From Lingula anatina (Eukaryota; Animalia; Brachiopoda): DNA of 64,000 bases. The translations under genes and the position numbers were made by a program. The stretch spans positions 30,957,967 through 31,021,966 of the forward strand of contig CM120640.1 of the NCBI GenBank assembly GCA_051362555.1, in the 5' to 3' direction. The notes under the pieces were generated by a model, which did not search any database, had not been told where the DNA came from, and saw only the letters and a list, made by a program, of their open reading frames with translations. Position 1 is the stretch's first letter. Each line of letters opens with the position of its first letter. Shown here one piece after another: positions 62,301 through 64,000 of this stretch.

Positions 62301-64000
62301 CAGAAGAGTGAGAATTAAACAAAACAAATATTTCAATATTGCAATGTATTATTTACTCTGAAAGTAAACAGCAAATGTGATGATTTGAGGTTGTTTGTGT
62401 AAAATAGGCCTTAAAATAGTTAAACGTTAATAATTTAATAATAATTTGTGTAAGAGGTTGCAAATTACCTATAACTGTCATCTGGAAAACAATATATACC
62501 CATACAATTGTTCTCCTTACTACCTCTGCAAGATGCAGATTACTCCTTTCTGGAAGGGGTTGTTGTTATCACAATACTCAACAAGGCCCTAAATCTTGCC
62601 AAATATCATGTATTGTACACATGGAGAAGACACAGTGCTGCTCTTGGTGGTATCTTTCACTAACTGCTTTTTCAGCTTTTTCATGGTGAGGGTACTCTGA
62701 AACAAGAACAATATAACTGAAAGGACTGAAAATTACATTTGAAAAGAATGACAAATTCGGTGACTTAATTAAAATAGTTAAACGTTAATAATTTTGTCAA
62801 ATCTTGTCCAATATTTCTGAAATTTGTACAAATGATGCTTAACAACAATAAAAATCTGTGATAAGCTGATCAGTTGTCTGTGTCTAATGAAAAGTGTTTT
62901 TGGGGACAACATATTTGGGAAAACTGAAAATTACATTGAAAAGACTGGGAATTTGCAGGACTTGAAATAGTTAAACGTTAATAATTTTGTCTAATCTTGT
63001 CCAATATTTCTGAAATTTGTACAAATGATGCTTAACAACAATAAAAACCTGTGATAAGCTGATCAGTTGTCTGTGTCTAATGAAAAGTGTTTTTTGGGAC
63101 AACATATTTGGGAAAACTGAAAATTACATTGAAAAGACTGGGAATTCACAGGACTTGAAATAGTTAAATGTTAATAATTTTGTCAAATCTAGTCCAATAT
63201 TTCTGAAATTTGTACAAATGATGCTTAACAACAATAAAAATCTGTGATAAGCTGATCAGCTGTCTGTATCGAATGAAAAGTCTTTTTTGGGACAACATAT
63301 TTGGGAAAACTGAAAATTACATTGAAAAGACCAAACCAAGGCCTTAAAATAGTTAAACGTTAATAATTTTGTCAAATCTTGTCCTATATTTCTGAAATTT
63401 GTACAAATGATGCTTAACAATAATAAAAATCTGTGATAAGCTGATCAGTTGTCCGTGTCTAATGAAGTGTTTTTTTGGGACAACATATTTGGGAAAACTG
63501 AAAATTACATAGAAAAGACTGGCAAAACCCAGACCTTAAAATAGTTAAACGTTAATAATTTTGTTAAATTTTGTGGAATATTTCTGAAATTTGTATGAAT
63601 GATGCTTAACAATAATAAAAATCTGTGATAAGCTGATCAGTTATCTGAGTCTTTTTTTTAAGTGTCAAGTGTATGGGAAATAGATCATCAGAAGAGTGAG
63701 AATTAAACAGAACAAATATTTCAATATTGCAATGTATTATTTACTCTGAAAGTAAACAGAAAATGTGATGATTTGAAGTTGTTTGTGTAAGAGGTTGCAA
63801 ATTACCTATAACTGTCATCTGGAAAACAATATATACCCATACAAGAGTTCTCCTTACTACCTCTGCAAGATGCAGATTACTCCTTTCTGGAAGAGGTTGT
63901 TGTTATCACAATACTCAACAAGGCCCTAAATCTTGCCAAATATCATGTATTGTACACATGGAGAAGACACAGTGCTGCTCTTGGTGGTATCTTTCACTAA
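53366..64000. repeat. Homogeneous satellite array: 193-bp A monomers interleaved with a ~430-bp B unit, with ~2.5-kb and ~5.03-kb higher-order repeats; runs off the window
   Basis: AAATAGTTAA at 55011, 55204 and 55397 (193-bp period). B units start at about 54360, 56090, 57235, 58625, 59765, 61120, 62265 and 63655. Diagnostic variant AAAAGAGTTC at 56281 and 61309 (5028 bp apart). Confidence 0.95.

Overview
AT-rich metazoan genomic DNA made almost entirely of repeats. The element types suggest a marine invertebrate, but the taxon cannot be fixed from sequence alone. No intact host protein-coding gene, rRNA, genuine tRNA or CRISPR array is supported, and nearly all ORF-track entries are chance or repeat-derived. 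The main result is an intron-containing, RT-less retroviral-type integrase gene (Ginger/GIN-like) present as two halves on the minus strand. The N-half (3 exons, HHCC-like zinc finger) is at 15245-17215 and the C-half (DD35E core) is at 50305-53365. Both halves break within the same exon and both abut the same 193-bp satellite. That satellite forms an old field full of insertions (about 145-15245) and a young higher-order array (53366 to window end, about 2.5/5.0-kb periodicity) carrying an exon-like second unit. Also present: head-to-tail non-autonomous Helentron (HINE/DINE-1-like) clusters, nested TTAA-target (Kolobok/CryptonV-like) elements, a solo LTR, a deleted and tandemly duplicated Gypsy pol, two minisatellites, several MITEs with 3-, 5- and 7-bp TSDs, and a perfect 77-bp palindrome.
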